DNA of 55,474 bases, counting the filler, from Sphacelaria rigidula (taxonomy: Eukaryota): the NCBI GenBank assembly GCA_964200075.2. It is 5 parts of 5 records of this genome, joined end to end, with 100 filler letters (N's around TTAATTAATTAA, not from the genome) between each part and the next. Parts side by side here need not be neighbours in the genome. Positions count along the whole stretch, not along the records: positions 22,233 to 33,247 come from CAXNAA020005532.1; positions 33,348 to 44,361 come from CAXNAA020005533.1; 3 more parts are not named here. One strand, written 5' to 3'. The notes below the pieces were generated by a model that worked only from the letters and a program-made list of their open reading frames with translations, was not told where the DNA came from and searched no databases. Shown here one piece after another: positions 24,060 through 35,859 of this stretch (its first letter is position 1; each line of letters opens with the position of its first letter). The position numbers and the translations under genes are program-made.

Positions 24060-26690
24060 TGGCCATGAGGGGCTTGTGGCGAAGTGTCCTGTATGTGGCA
24101 TAATTCACCTTCCGCACGTGGCAAGGTGCGCCCCTGCGTAGAGCTGTTCGGGTCTGCAGCAGCACGTGTACTCTCTGTCCCAGGAATAACCATCGTCTGC
24201 ATGAACGACTGGAATGCGTGGAGTGTGGCGTCCTTAGCTTTGAGGAGATACAACTCCGTCCATTGGGTGTATTCATCGCAGATCGATCTCGTGAGCATGC
24301 GCGAAGCCCCCCTGAGCGCCCTCGGCCTGAATTATCCCATTAAATCTGTGATGATGAGCTGGAACGCGCATGAAACCTTGCGGCCAGCCGTATTCGGATT
24401 GGCGACTTTTGTCAACGGCACAAACGGAATAACCCGGTGAGCTTTCACCGAGGTTCACCGCGATACCATCCACTTTCTGCAGGAGGTCCAAACTGTTGTG
24501 TTAGAGCTGCCTCATCCGCCGATGCCATCGTATGGCGTTAGCTGCAGCTTGCATTGCCAGTCCAGGCGTGCCGCTACTGCTGACCAGTTCCAACGAAAAG
24601 AAATAGAGGTCTCTGGCCCCTGGGGCGAAACAGGCAATCTTAGTGTTCCCAGCCATGAACTGTCCATGCCGAAGATGGATACTAGAATTCCACTTCGTTT
24701 GCCTTGCTTCAAGAAAAGTCTCGCTCCAAGCTAGGCACGGCCAAGCACGATATTTGGACCACGCATTTCACCCCTTTACCGTCGATGATGTATATGCCCC
24801 CGCAGCCGTCCCTGGTAAACTCCACCAGTTGATTTCCTCCTGCAGTTACAATCTTCCACGGTTAGGACGAATCATCACGACTACGAATCACCAAGTTCAC
24901 GATTTCTTCGGCCTGATTGCTCAAAAAGGAGAAAAACGTTGATCGCTGGTCCAAGTNNNNNNNNNNCTGCGTGTACCTGGGTTGCAACTCTGAAATGAAG
25001 CCTAGGGATTGATTCGTCACGAGTCGATTCATCATACTAAAACCAAGTAATTTCCAGACGAATCACTATTTGTCCGACCCTTGCAATCTTCCCCGGTACA
25101 GCCAGCTCTTGTTGAGTTAACATCTCCATCTGGGAAGGATGGTATCGCTGAAAAAGTCTCCCGACGCTCCATCGTCCATCATCACACTAACGGTACTGTT
25201 GTTGCTGCCATTCAACTCTCCTACGGCCGGTCCCCCCCGCGAGAGCTAACCATCGTCCGCGTTGGGGACGCCGCAAAACTGTTCGTTCGGACGAGCGATC
25301 GTTGTTCGACGTTACTCGGTGATATAACGAGCTGCTGAGCGTCAGCTTAACATGCTGTATTACTGACAGGCGCCAATGTGCGGGCTAGGGTGGACAGCGC
25401 CCCGCTGGTCGCCAGGAACTCGTTGTTGGCTCTGCCATGGAGCCCCAACCAGCCCCTTGACTGGTTCTTCCGTTATGAGAGTCGACCCTCCAGCCTCGTC
25501 GTCGACTCCTCCTTAAAGGTTCCGATTATCCCACTGCCGTTGAACGAGCGACTGGGTCGTTGGTGGGAGCAAACGGCCAGAGATGCGCAGCGTTCTTGGG
25601 ATTGTCTGCGTCGGGTGTTTCCACGGCGCCTGAGATGATAGCCGGAGACGCCTCCCCGTTACCGGGGACCACTGGGTAGTGTGACCACCGCGCGAAGATT
25701 GCGCTCGCGGTCCTACTGCTGTGCCTTGGAGGACACGACATTCATCTTCGCCTTGGTTGCTCGTCATGTGGAATGAACACCACTGTGTCTTGCCGCCTCC
25801 ACCGTTCGGGAGTTGGGTCGCTTTCCAAGCGACGCAGTCTCTTCTGATATTGCCTCTCCTCCCACGGAAGTAGTATTGCATGCCGCTCTTCCTCCCGCCG
25901 TTACTTCTCCTGCTTGGCTGCATGGCAACGCCACGACCTTGGGCTGGGAGAGAGGCGACGTAGATCGTGCTGGCCACGTGCCGAGTGTCCGCCAAACTAA
26001 AAAAACGCTTCTTTCAACTGGTAATACGAACTCTCGCGTGTTCGGCAGGAAGGACTCGGAAAACTATATCCTCGTAACGGTTATAAGGGACTGGCTGGCC
26101 GATGTCCTCCGTACGATCGCGGTAGCTATCCATGATATGAAGAAGATCGTCCGGATCATCTCAGGACTGCATCGTGGTGGTGTGCGACGCACTGTTGTAT
26201 TTTCTTTCCAACTCTGCCCACGCCAATGGTCCGTTGCCCACTTCATCCCCTTAATTCTTGTCCATATGTCGCTTGACGGTGGTATGTGCCGATAGCTCTA
26301 TGCCGAAAAAGAGAACACTAAGTAAATTGTGATTAGCACGGTCGTATGCCGTCGGGGCTACCGCATCATGAGGTGGCGTATCTTTCACCGATCAGGGTGG
26401 TCTCCGGTCTCGGCCGGCCCTGCTAGAAATCGGCAACTGCTTTCTGATGAAGTGGAGGTATAACACGGAGTTCGCCTTCATTATCCCTGAAACTGGCTTT
26501 GCCTCTGTCGTCGAATCGCGGGCAGAGCCTCGGCTCTCCTTGGATGTTCTTATTGTTGTTCGCCATGGCAATCCCGTTCGACCCAGAGCAAAAAGAACAG
26601 GACGGAGTGGATAGTACTGTCGTCAGGATTGGTCCTCCACCGCTGTAACAGGTTGTCCCGACGCTGCTCAACTTCAAAGTCACGGTGGAA
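24060..26690 (-). mobile_element. Degenerate Ty1/copia LTR-retrotransposon internal region (gag-protease-GAG-pre-integrase-integrase N-part)
   Basis: In copia order on the minus strand: gag start MANNN (~26567); degenerate knuckles ...GNIRRDC and WCSFH...DEC (~25730-25880); protease MMDDGASG (~25160-25185); WHRRM...YSVCAVDKS (~24400-24527); integrase ICDEYTQWTELYLLKAKD (~24230-24285). Many stops; no RT or LTR found. Confidence 0.8.
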
Positions 26691-27744
26691 AAAAAAGGAA
26701 GACAGAAAAAAACACTTACTCATGTCACTTGCCCACCGCTGCCCAGCTGACAGGGCGTGACTGTATGAAATGTATTACATGTATCAGCGTATGGCCACGG
26801 CTGTGTACTTCAACAGTGGACAGATGTAGTCCCGCCCACGAAGAAATCGCGAATGTTACTTCGCTGACCAGCTGCAGTGCTTCACGCGACCAGATGTGGA
26901 GGCGACCTCTTGAAAGCTAATGCACCGATACCCCCCCCTCCCCCAAATCAGCTCAAAATTGTCACGCAAAAAAGAGAAAATCAGCGCGTGATGCTTGGTT
27001 TCAGGCAGCATGTAGCGCCTCATATAGGCGACATTGGCGAAAACGATCCCGAGTGTGGGGATCCTCAGCTGGTCGTTCCATTTGGCGTTTTTCATTTGGA
27101 TTTGCGTGTAGATTTTTCCTCCCCGAACGAACCACTTGGGGGGGTGGCGGCTATCTTAGCATCACTCTGAGAAAAATGACAAACTCTTCTTCCGATGTAC
27201 CGTTGAAGTGCTAGACGCGCACTGCTATTGCTGCCTTGTTGGAAAAAAACGCATCATGCTTTGTTCCGGGGAGACGCACTGTTGCAGTACCACACGCGCA
27301 CAGGTGTGGTGCCGCCTTCTCTCTTGATTGTGGACCCTTTCAGGATGGTCGCATGGCCTGCGCTGGTGGCAGAGAAGCTAAGCGAGCAGATACTGCGCTA
27401 GGAGTATAGAGAGAAGGTGGTGTTGAAAGTGCCGCTTGTGGGCAATGAAGTACGGGACAAACAACCGTGCTGTAGAATCTGTAGAAAAGTGACCGAGGGA
27501 GATGACCTCCACTTCAGACTGTAATGCCGGAGACAGCACTGGCGATTTACGATGCTATTTCGCCGCATCTAGCTCGTCACACAGATGATATCTAATATCG
27601 CCGTTGTACGTGTCCCCTGGTCTCGAACAGAACGCCACGCTGCGAAGCGTTGACCTCATAAGTTCTCAAGCCTCACGTCCATGTCGCAGTCCTTCATTCC
27701 GTTCACATGTATTTTGTGCGCGCGAAACTTGCTTTTTGCTGCAG

Positions 27745-30700
27745 CGGGTACGTGTTGCAGGTAAGCCAGGTCATCTCGGGAACCATGGTGTACGTGTGCT
27801 GGTTGAAGGCGGAGCATCTAGTCTTTATCCGGATCTTGAAGTACATTGAGCAGACGGCCACGAATATGCTGGCGGTGACCAACCTGGCTATCTGCTTGAA
27901 CCTCGCCCTCATTGTATCGGTGAGTAATGGTCTGTTGACGACCCACGCGTGCTCCATGTGCCCAGCGTTTCGGTTCGAGTTGCTACATAAACTATATGGT
28001 TCGCTCGCGTGGCGTGAAACGCCAAGCATGGGTGTTGCCAACAGACCCTGCACTTCATCGATCTGGTTAATGTACTGTGGCGAGGCACGTCGATGCAGTA
28101 GCAACTACAGGCTGGTTCTGGGTAAACGGCCAAAATGTATCCCCCGCCGATATCTAACGCCGTCCTCTCGAGTTAGGCCCTGAAGTTTTGTGGCGAACAA
28201 AAACAAGACGGGAAAATAATAAACACTATTAAAATATCCCAGATCCTCCGTGTGCAAACGTTCAGGGTCTAACGCTCCGAAACGGCCAAAGATATTGCCC
28301 TGTGTGCTTCGTAGTATGCAAATGTACGCGGAGTCCGCCTCATGACTTGATCAGAGAGTGTTACCGATCCTTCACTTGTGCGCTTGAGCTTGCATCGATC
28401 GTTTGGGATCCGTCTTTCGAGTTACGCAACAAAACGTTGTACCAACGTTCCTTCGACTACCTCGAGGCGAACAAATTTCAAACACATATTCCACAGTAAT
28501 ATGTACTGGCTTGTGGAGGCCTTCACGCTGGAACCTCCAGAAGCCGGTAGAGAGCGGAAATGTGTGAAAATCATTCCTGACCGATTGTTTTTTCAATTTG
28601 TAGCACCCATGTTCACCAAACTGCCAACTTTGAGGATAATCAGGGTTTTCTACGTTATCTAAAAGGGAAAACGTCAAGGGGCACTCTGGGCCTTCGATGC
28701 ATACTATCAGTGAAAATTCAACGACGCTAAACACCCGCGTCACCAAAATACCACGTTTTGGGGTATAACTCGATCATATACACGTTTTCTTCAAAATGTT
28801 TCCCATCTGATGGCGATTTCGAAGAGTTGATTCATCATCTAGTCAAGTACTCATTGTGTTTGGAATTCGCATTACTACTTTCAGAACAATTTGAAGGCCC
28901 CTGATTGGCCGAGAAGCATCTATATTACCAGCGCCATGGCAAGGGGCACGAGGGAAATATTTGACCAAACCATGTTGTTCGCTTCCCCGTGGGAGTGCGA
29001 CACGATGACAACAAAATATATTTATATCGGATCAGGTTCGTGTTTTGTCTCCAGTGGGGAATACATTTAGGGCGTTCCCCTGTACCATCTCGTAAGCAGA
29101 CAGGATGCGAACTATGTAGAGTTCTATAGGCACGACCAACAAGATAACGGACAGTCTTAATATGTTGCATCACACGTATTCACCACTTCTTGTTCATGTA
29201 GTGATAGTTTCATGGTTCTCTTCCAGGTCTCCGAGGAAGCGGAAGCACGCACAGACAATTTTTCATTCTTGCTCTCGGGAAGACTGAAGGTTGCTATGCG
29301 CGCAAGGGTAACCTTTAGTCCAAAGTGGAAATGCGCGTCAGCTGCCCCACGGTGGCGACCGTTACCAACCTCAGAATTATCCTATTGCGCACGACCTCTC
29401 CTACATCCATGTTTCACGTTCCAGATGCACTTTCGAGGTGAAAGTCCCCGAGCAATCGATCCCTGGTTGGTTGTGGTACATTACCTGATCCCCGAGGTGC
29501 TCATCCGCGATCGTAAGGTATACGTTTCCAAGGTTTGAAAGAAAATGGTGACACTCGAACAGAAAAGCTTGAGAAAGGAGGGAGGGGGGGAGGGAGAGGC
29601 GGAGAAAGAGAGGGAGAGTCATGCACCAAAGACTCATCCGGTATGAATCATGGAAGGCATATCGCACGAATGAACTGGGAATGTGTACATTCCAAGTAGT
29701 GTGACACAAAGCAAGAATACATATACGTCAGAGTCATGCTGCATGAACGGAAATTGGGGAACACTCATGCTTGATTCACCTCATACGGATGGAAGGCTCG
29801 AGAACACGTACGTTTGGTTCATGCTGAATGGACGGAAACATTAGGAAACATCTACGCTTGATTCGCCTCGTATGAAGGAAAGGCGAAGAAAATGTACGTA
29901 TGATTCATGCTGCATGAACGGAAATTGGGGAACGCGTACGCTTGATTCACCTCGTATGAATGGAACGTGGGAAACATGTGCCTATGATTCATGCTCACGA
30001 ATGCAAGGGGAAAACATGTACGTGAATCACATGATTCGTGCTGCATGACTCGCATGTGAGGTATACACCATGTATCCATGCTTCTTGCCGTAGTATGAGT
30101 GGACGGTTTTGTACTAGTGTTGTCTGTCGTCCGCTGTACAGATTGTACAGTACTGTGCTGTGCAGTCCGCTGACCCTAGTAGGCGCTGCCGGAGTGTTTC
30201 TGAAAGCTCACGCGAAGATGCGGGGACGACTATTGCAGTACTGTTGCTGTCCGAAGCTGTCTTTGTATTGTTTCATATTTTCAGACACCCCAGATGGACA
30301 TCCTGTTACGAGATGAATATCCATGTCCCAGATGGATGCCCAACAAGGATATATATATGAGCATTTCAGGCAGACGTGAGATCACAGATGGACGTCCCAT
30401 ATAAGTGCCAATATCCGGCATGATAGGTGAACAATAGTTCACAACCCCCCCATCGAGCAGACAGCAAAATGCGTACACCGAGAGGTCGCCACCCTGTTGC
30501 TAACGCCCACTTGCTACCTGTGCCGCGTTCTACGTCGCACTTGATCTACAGAGCCATCGCACCATGACGCATGTGAACAGCGTGAGCACGCCTGGGCTGC
30601 TAGTGGGAATGCTGCTCATCTCGGTCATAGCTACGGCGGTGGTAGCACCGTTCTGGAACTTTTGGACTGTATCCCGGGCCCTGGTGTGGCCAACTAACAC

Positions 30701-31751
30701 TGACCCGGTGGGTGGGTTTTATGAACTCAAGTTCGAGGACTCGATGCTGACATTTCGCCGTAGACTCATTCAAACGTGTCACATGGCGTCGGCAACACTT
30801 TGTGGTTAATTCTAAGGCGTTCATACGTTTCGAATAATTCCCGCCTGCCTGTTTTGCTGTCATCCTCAAGGTCAAGGCGAAATGGACGTTGATGGGATTT
30901 TTCTACATGGAGTTTGCTACAGGCATCACAATGATGGTGGCGGTTGCTCTTTTGCTTGCGTTTCGCATGCCGGAGCTTCGTCAGAGCTGGCGACTACATC
31001 GGCGGGTTCGGTTCTACTTCGGGCTCACAATTATTGCTATTGTCACCAGTGTTGCTCAGGGTATCTGCGGAACGATTTTCATCGTCACTAACTATCGATG
31101 GTGAGGCAGCAAATGGAACATACGGGCTGGGCGTTCGAGTGAAATCCCCACGGAATCTTGAAGTACCGTAGGTCGAAACAATATACCGACTGATCCAGAC
31201 CCTCTAAGATCAAACTGCATGATATCCTTTCCTCTTTCGTGCTCCTGCTCCCCCGGCGCAACATATATCCATACCGGTGCTCTGAAGGGTACGTGGAAGA
31301 CGCTTTCGAGTGTGTAACTTGCGTCCACGACCACGCTTGGCGAGTAATTAGCATCTTGATGCCGGCGACGGCCTATTTTTCAATAGGAAGCCGGCCAGTA
31401 GGGGCAAGATGAACGTTCAAATGACCTCAGCATATGCTAACATGTGTACATCTCCATGCCCGGCTCAATGTTGTACCATTGCCCTCACCCTATGTCGATC
31501 ATTCGATATTTAGGAAGTTGTTGCTTGTTGTGACAAGCAGCGCAAGGCACTTGCACATCGCCCTCGATACTGTGGTCCTCTACGACGTCCTGGGCGGACC
31601 GTCGGGCAGCATGGATGAAAGGGTGCCTGGTCGATCCTCAGACGAAGTGGCGACCGCTGCTTCCAATGCTTCACTCCGTCAAACACCAGAGGAAAATGAC
31701 ACCGGGAGCCCCAGGCATAAAATTGGAAGGCGTTTCGCCATGAACGTATAA
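27745..31751 (+). CDS. Seven-transmembrane (GPCR-like) protein, 5' incomplete; exons 27745/27761-27919, 30552-30707, 30871-31100, 31514-31751
   Basis: GT-AG introns in phase (0, 0, 2). Successive hydrophobic helices: VSQVISGTMVYVCW, TATNMLAVTNLAICLNLALIV, GLLVGMLLISVIATAVVAPFW, LMGFFYMEFATGITMMVAVALLLAF, FYFGLTIIAIVTSVAQGICGTIFIV, LLLVVTSSARHLHIALDTVVLY. A Ser/Thr/acidic tail ends at stop 31749-31751. The GPCR assignment is inferred from topology. Confidence 0.75.
29630..30050. repeat. Intronic minisatellite, ~85-bp unit built from two ~42-bp subunits
   Basis: CATGCTG.ATG.ACGGAAA... starts at ~29735, 29820, 29906, with a further CATGCT at ~29990; each unit has an internal GCTTGATTC.CCTC half. 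Confidence 0.8.
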
Positions 31752-32794
31752 CCAGTCGCATGATAATTCGAGCTAAATATGCCACGGTATTACAGAGATG
31801 CTGTATTGGAGAACGACGTCGGCGTCCGGAAGAAGCGAGCATAACTCCGACATCCGGAGGAGGCGTACCTGTAAGCTCGGTTGGGGTAATCCTGGGAAGT
31901 TTGCCCGAGTACGGCAGTACAAAGATTACCGGGGAAGTCCTTTGTTAATAATCTAGTCGGTGCGTTAGCAGAAAGTTTTAATGCCCTGGTGAGCAGGTTA
32001 TAGACCGGTATCGATGTTTATTTTGTATCAGAACTTTACGACGGAAGAGCGAGATATCGCTGGGCATATCTCAATGACGCGTCACAACATCACAGGGATA
32101 TCAGGACATGTGCGGGTCGAGCTGATGATGAGTTGCGGAAATGCGAACATTTTGCGTACAATGTAATGTAGTTTTGAAGAAGCCCAGAATGAGCTGAAAG
32201 TAAATTTCATCAAATGTTAGTAGGAACACCTCTGATCGATCAGTTGTACATGTAACATAAGGTCAGATTATCGCTCAATGCCTTGAGCGCCGTCGTAAGT
32301 GCCTCTTAATAGATGGTGAACTGTGTTTAAAAACTCTAGACGCAAGGCAGTCTATCTTACTTTTGAAGATCAAAGTCTACAGCAAATATAGGTACAAGCG
32401 GAAGACTACGGTATATCGTCGTGGATAATTACCCAAGCCGGTTTATTTAGTCCATTATAGGAGAGTACTGTAACAAGGCGACTAGGGAAATAGCTTTGTT
32501 TTCTAAGGATTATTCAGCGGGAATTTGATCTGGTTAGGTTGACTTGTCAGCAGGCAATGGGGTATTATATGCGTGTGCTGTTGCGACTCTGGATGATACA
32601 GTCTATATTCATGGCGTTTGAATGAAGCCGTTGTAACAAAGAGAAGCGGTACAACTTGTTGTGATGGTTCAAGGAAATCACGAACCACGTATCTTTTTCG
32701 CGGAGAGTACCTCTTTTGTGTTATTTATAATCCACTTGTTTGAATGACGTTTTAAGTAGGATATTGCTGGAGTAGGCGTTTTCTTGAGTACCTC

Positions 32795-32860
32795 TATCAT
32801 GAGACCATGGCTGGACCCCTGGGGGGTCAGTTAAAGTGCGACAATCAATCAATCAGTCAA
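32795..32860 (+). mobile_element. Retroposon 3' end with (CAAT)n tail
   Basis: ATCATGAGACCA.GGCTGGACCCCTGGGGG.TCAGTTAAAGTGCGACAATCAATCAATC, nearly identical to 42599-42666. Confidence 0.7.
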
Positions 32861-33247
32861 AGGCGTGTTGCCATGATTCGTCAATGAAATATAATGTAGC
32901 AAAGTAGTTAGGCCACATGAGCTGAAATATATATTGTGTGAAAAAGTGCAGGTGACCGAAGCTAAAGAGCGGGCGAGGCTACCGCGTCAGCAGTAGCAAT
33001 GTTGAATTGGATTAAACGAATCGATCTCACGTATGTGTAGATACTTTGGTTTCTTGTTCCAGGATTGAGTATGCTTGGATTCGGTGGTCCCTACCACCCT
33101 TGCAATCACTCTCCCAAGCTTACCTAGCTCTGTTTCGTTTCCTTCAGCTCTCTGCTTGCAAAAGAGGCTGCTTGATTTTGTTCGGAGTAATCCTACGATA
33201 GGGGGGGGGGTATTTGGTTGCACGAAAAACGAGGCTCATAAGTGTGT

Positions 33248-33347
33248 NNNNNNNNNNNNNNNNNNNNNNNNNNNNNNNNNNNNNNNNNNNNTTAATTAAT
33301 TAANNNNNNNNNNNNNNNNNNNNNNNNNNNNNNNNNNNNNNNNNNNN
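33248..33347. other. Artificial contig-joining spacer
   Basis: N44-TTAATTAATTAA-N44. Confidence 0.97.
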
Positions 33348-33528
33348 GGCTTTGTAGGGATGCGAGGTCAATGATCTAATTACTATGGCATGCATGATCA
33401 TGAGTACACCCCCCCTCCTCTTTGCCCCCCACTACGTCCGCCCCGCTGCCTGCCGGTACCGACACCCTAACATGAGGACACCGGCTGATCACCGCTTCTC
33501 TTGTGATACCGCCTTTTCTTGTTGGTAG

Positions 33529-35192
33529 CACGGTGTCGCGCGATGAAGAGGAAGAGGGAGAGGAGTGCGGCGGAGGTGGCGACGATAAAGAAAGAGCGGG
33601 ACTGCCTGAGGAGGGAACGAGGCCAGCTTGTTGGGCAGAACCAGAAACTCGTCGCCGAAAACACGGTGCTCCGGTGAGGACGTTGAACGTTTGCGTATAG
33701 GCGCGTGTGCTAGAGGGTGATATATTATGTGGTTTGCTGGGTGTTGTGTGTACTTGCGATGAGAGAGAGGGAGGAGGAGTGAGTAGGGGCATGGGATAAT
33801 GAAAAGCGAATATTCCCTGCATCCAGGTGTTCCATACCCCAAGTGGGTAGTGTTTTTCAAGAAAATATGTGTTATACGCATGGCACCACAGGCCACAATG
33901 GTCATGACCTTGTCTCTACTGCACATTTCTACTTCTCCGATGGGCGCGTCTGCACATTTCGTTTCCCTCGGCAACTACGATTTGATTGTACTGTATCATT
34001 ACCAGTCTAACGCTAAATAAGACATATTTTGGCCTCACGCAAAGGATGGCATATTTTCTTGGCCATTACCAGGGATATATCCATGCTTGCACGGAGAGAA
34101 GTCACACGTCGTTCTGGTGTCCTTTCGGTGCCCTTCCGACCGAAACACAGGAGACGCAAGGGACAGCTGAAGGCAGCAGAGGAACAAGCAAACCGCGCCG
34201 CAGAACAAGTCGCCCTGAAGCTTGCCAGTGCAGAGGCCCTCGTTGCCTCTTTGTTGGAGAAGGCTGCTCTAGGGCATCGTCTCGATGCCTCGCACAAACA
34301 CGCTGACAGCGTCGGAGCGGAACTAGAGCTGAACAACGCGGCAAACATTTCAAATGAACCTTTCGCCAGGGGGCAAGCGCTCATCGGCAAAATGGTGCGG
34401 TCGTGTGACTTGTCGTTCTATATATTCTTCTACGGGACCGTGAAACTATTCTGCGAATCTACAGCACCTCGCGTGTAGAGTTTGACCACGGTCATGCGTT
34501 GTCATGTTCGCGTTTCGTCTTCATAGACAAGATGAGTACTGCTCAGAGTACTCGAAAATATGGCGCTACTTGAAAGGCGTACGCACCTTACGTTTGTTCC
34601 TTGTGCCTTCATCGTTTTGCGTACAGTGTACGTGTTTCACCTCTGTATTTCCGTTTTCGGAGGTGTTCTCAAACACCTTTCCGGGTTTGCCAGAGCTGCC
34701 GAGTTGTGTCCCTCTCCCCGTCCCGCACACGCCATGCCAGCCGTCGCTTTCCCCACCATGATGATATGACACGTTTCCTGTGGCCAGCTTCATCCACCCC
34801 TATCTTGAAGAGCTAATGGCTGACATCAACAATTACGAAATCTTGAAGGTTGTGCGCTGCCCCGTGTATGCTCCTCATGTGCGCGTGTGTGCATGTGTGT
34901 CTATGCGTGTATGTGTGTGCCCACTGCTGGGTGTGAACAAAGTACCCCTCCGCTCGAGAACGCCAACGGGCTTACGCTCGGGGCAGGGCCGAGGGTGTGG
35001 CAGCGGGTCGAGCAGAGGGCCGAGCGGAGGGCCGAGCGGAGGGTGTGGCAGCGGGCCGAGCCGAGGGGCGAGCCGAGGGTTTTAAACAAGGAGCGGCAGA
35101 CATAATCGAAAATGTGACGGAGGAGGGGAGCGAGCACCGGGATGCCTCGTGGATAGGGAGCGAGCTATGCGCGGCTTTGGACCACCCCTTGC
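33529..35192 (+). CDS. Probable N-terminal exons of the kinase gene: coiled coil + GRAEG repeat (33529-33673, 34151-34394/34399, 34788-34848, 34943-35192)
   Basis: 33673|34151 and 34848|34943 join in phase. 35192 ends in phase 1, compatible with the kinase exon at 35860. Peptides: AMKRKRERSAAEVATIKKERDCLRRER..., QLKAAEEQANRAAEQVALKLASAEALV..., ARGRAEGVAAGRAEGRAEGRAEGVAAGRAEGRAEGFKQG. Exon choice between 34394 and 34788 is ambiguous. Confidence 0.55.
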
Positions 35193-35859
35193 GTATGTTC
35201 ACAGCGGCTGAAGCACCCTCGTGCCTCGGCGGGCAGGACGGCGGAACTTTCTGTGCGTGACCTCATGCTATGTATTCAGTTCGTTGAGCGCATTTGTCGT
35301 TCTGTCGTCGTGGTTGGAAAACCAACACACGTAGACGACATGTGAAGAAAGGTGCACAAATATCCTCACCGCTAGCCGGCGGAAAACGTTACACGGTTCG
35401 GACGAATCATCGCCGGTTCGAATCACATTATTGCCGTATATATCGACAATTGTTGCTAATGTATCAATGTGCGACAATTAATCGATTAACCAATCAATGT
35501 TGCTTCGTGTGGGTAGACACGGTGTCAAACCGGGAAAACGACGACGACCGTAAAGACCGGGTAGATTGAATATGTTTGCGCATTTCCTTTTGTGCGCACG
35601 ATTGCAAGCCTTTTCTGGAGTGATTTTTTGGTACATCTTCGACTGGCCGTTAAAGCCTCTCACGCCGGACTTGCTTGGCATACACGTACACCCCCCCCTC
35701 TCCCCCCTTTATTCCCGGTGTTGTCACGCTTCACTTCTCATTCACCATACACCCTTCAACAAGCACACAGCATGCTCCCCTCGCATTGTCGAACCGGACA
35801 AGATTCGGTGTTCCCCTCCTTCTAACGTTTGTCTCATTTCGCACCGTTGCCCTACGCAG

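Noticed and set aside
22345..27158. Diverged direct repeats at ~22345-22583 and ~26927-27158 as LTRs of the copia element
   Set aside because: The first copy has its own terminal inverted repeats (MITE), there are no TG...CA ends or PBS/PPT, and unrelated TE fragments intervene.
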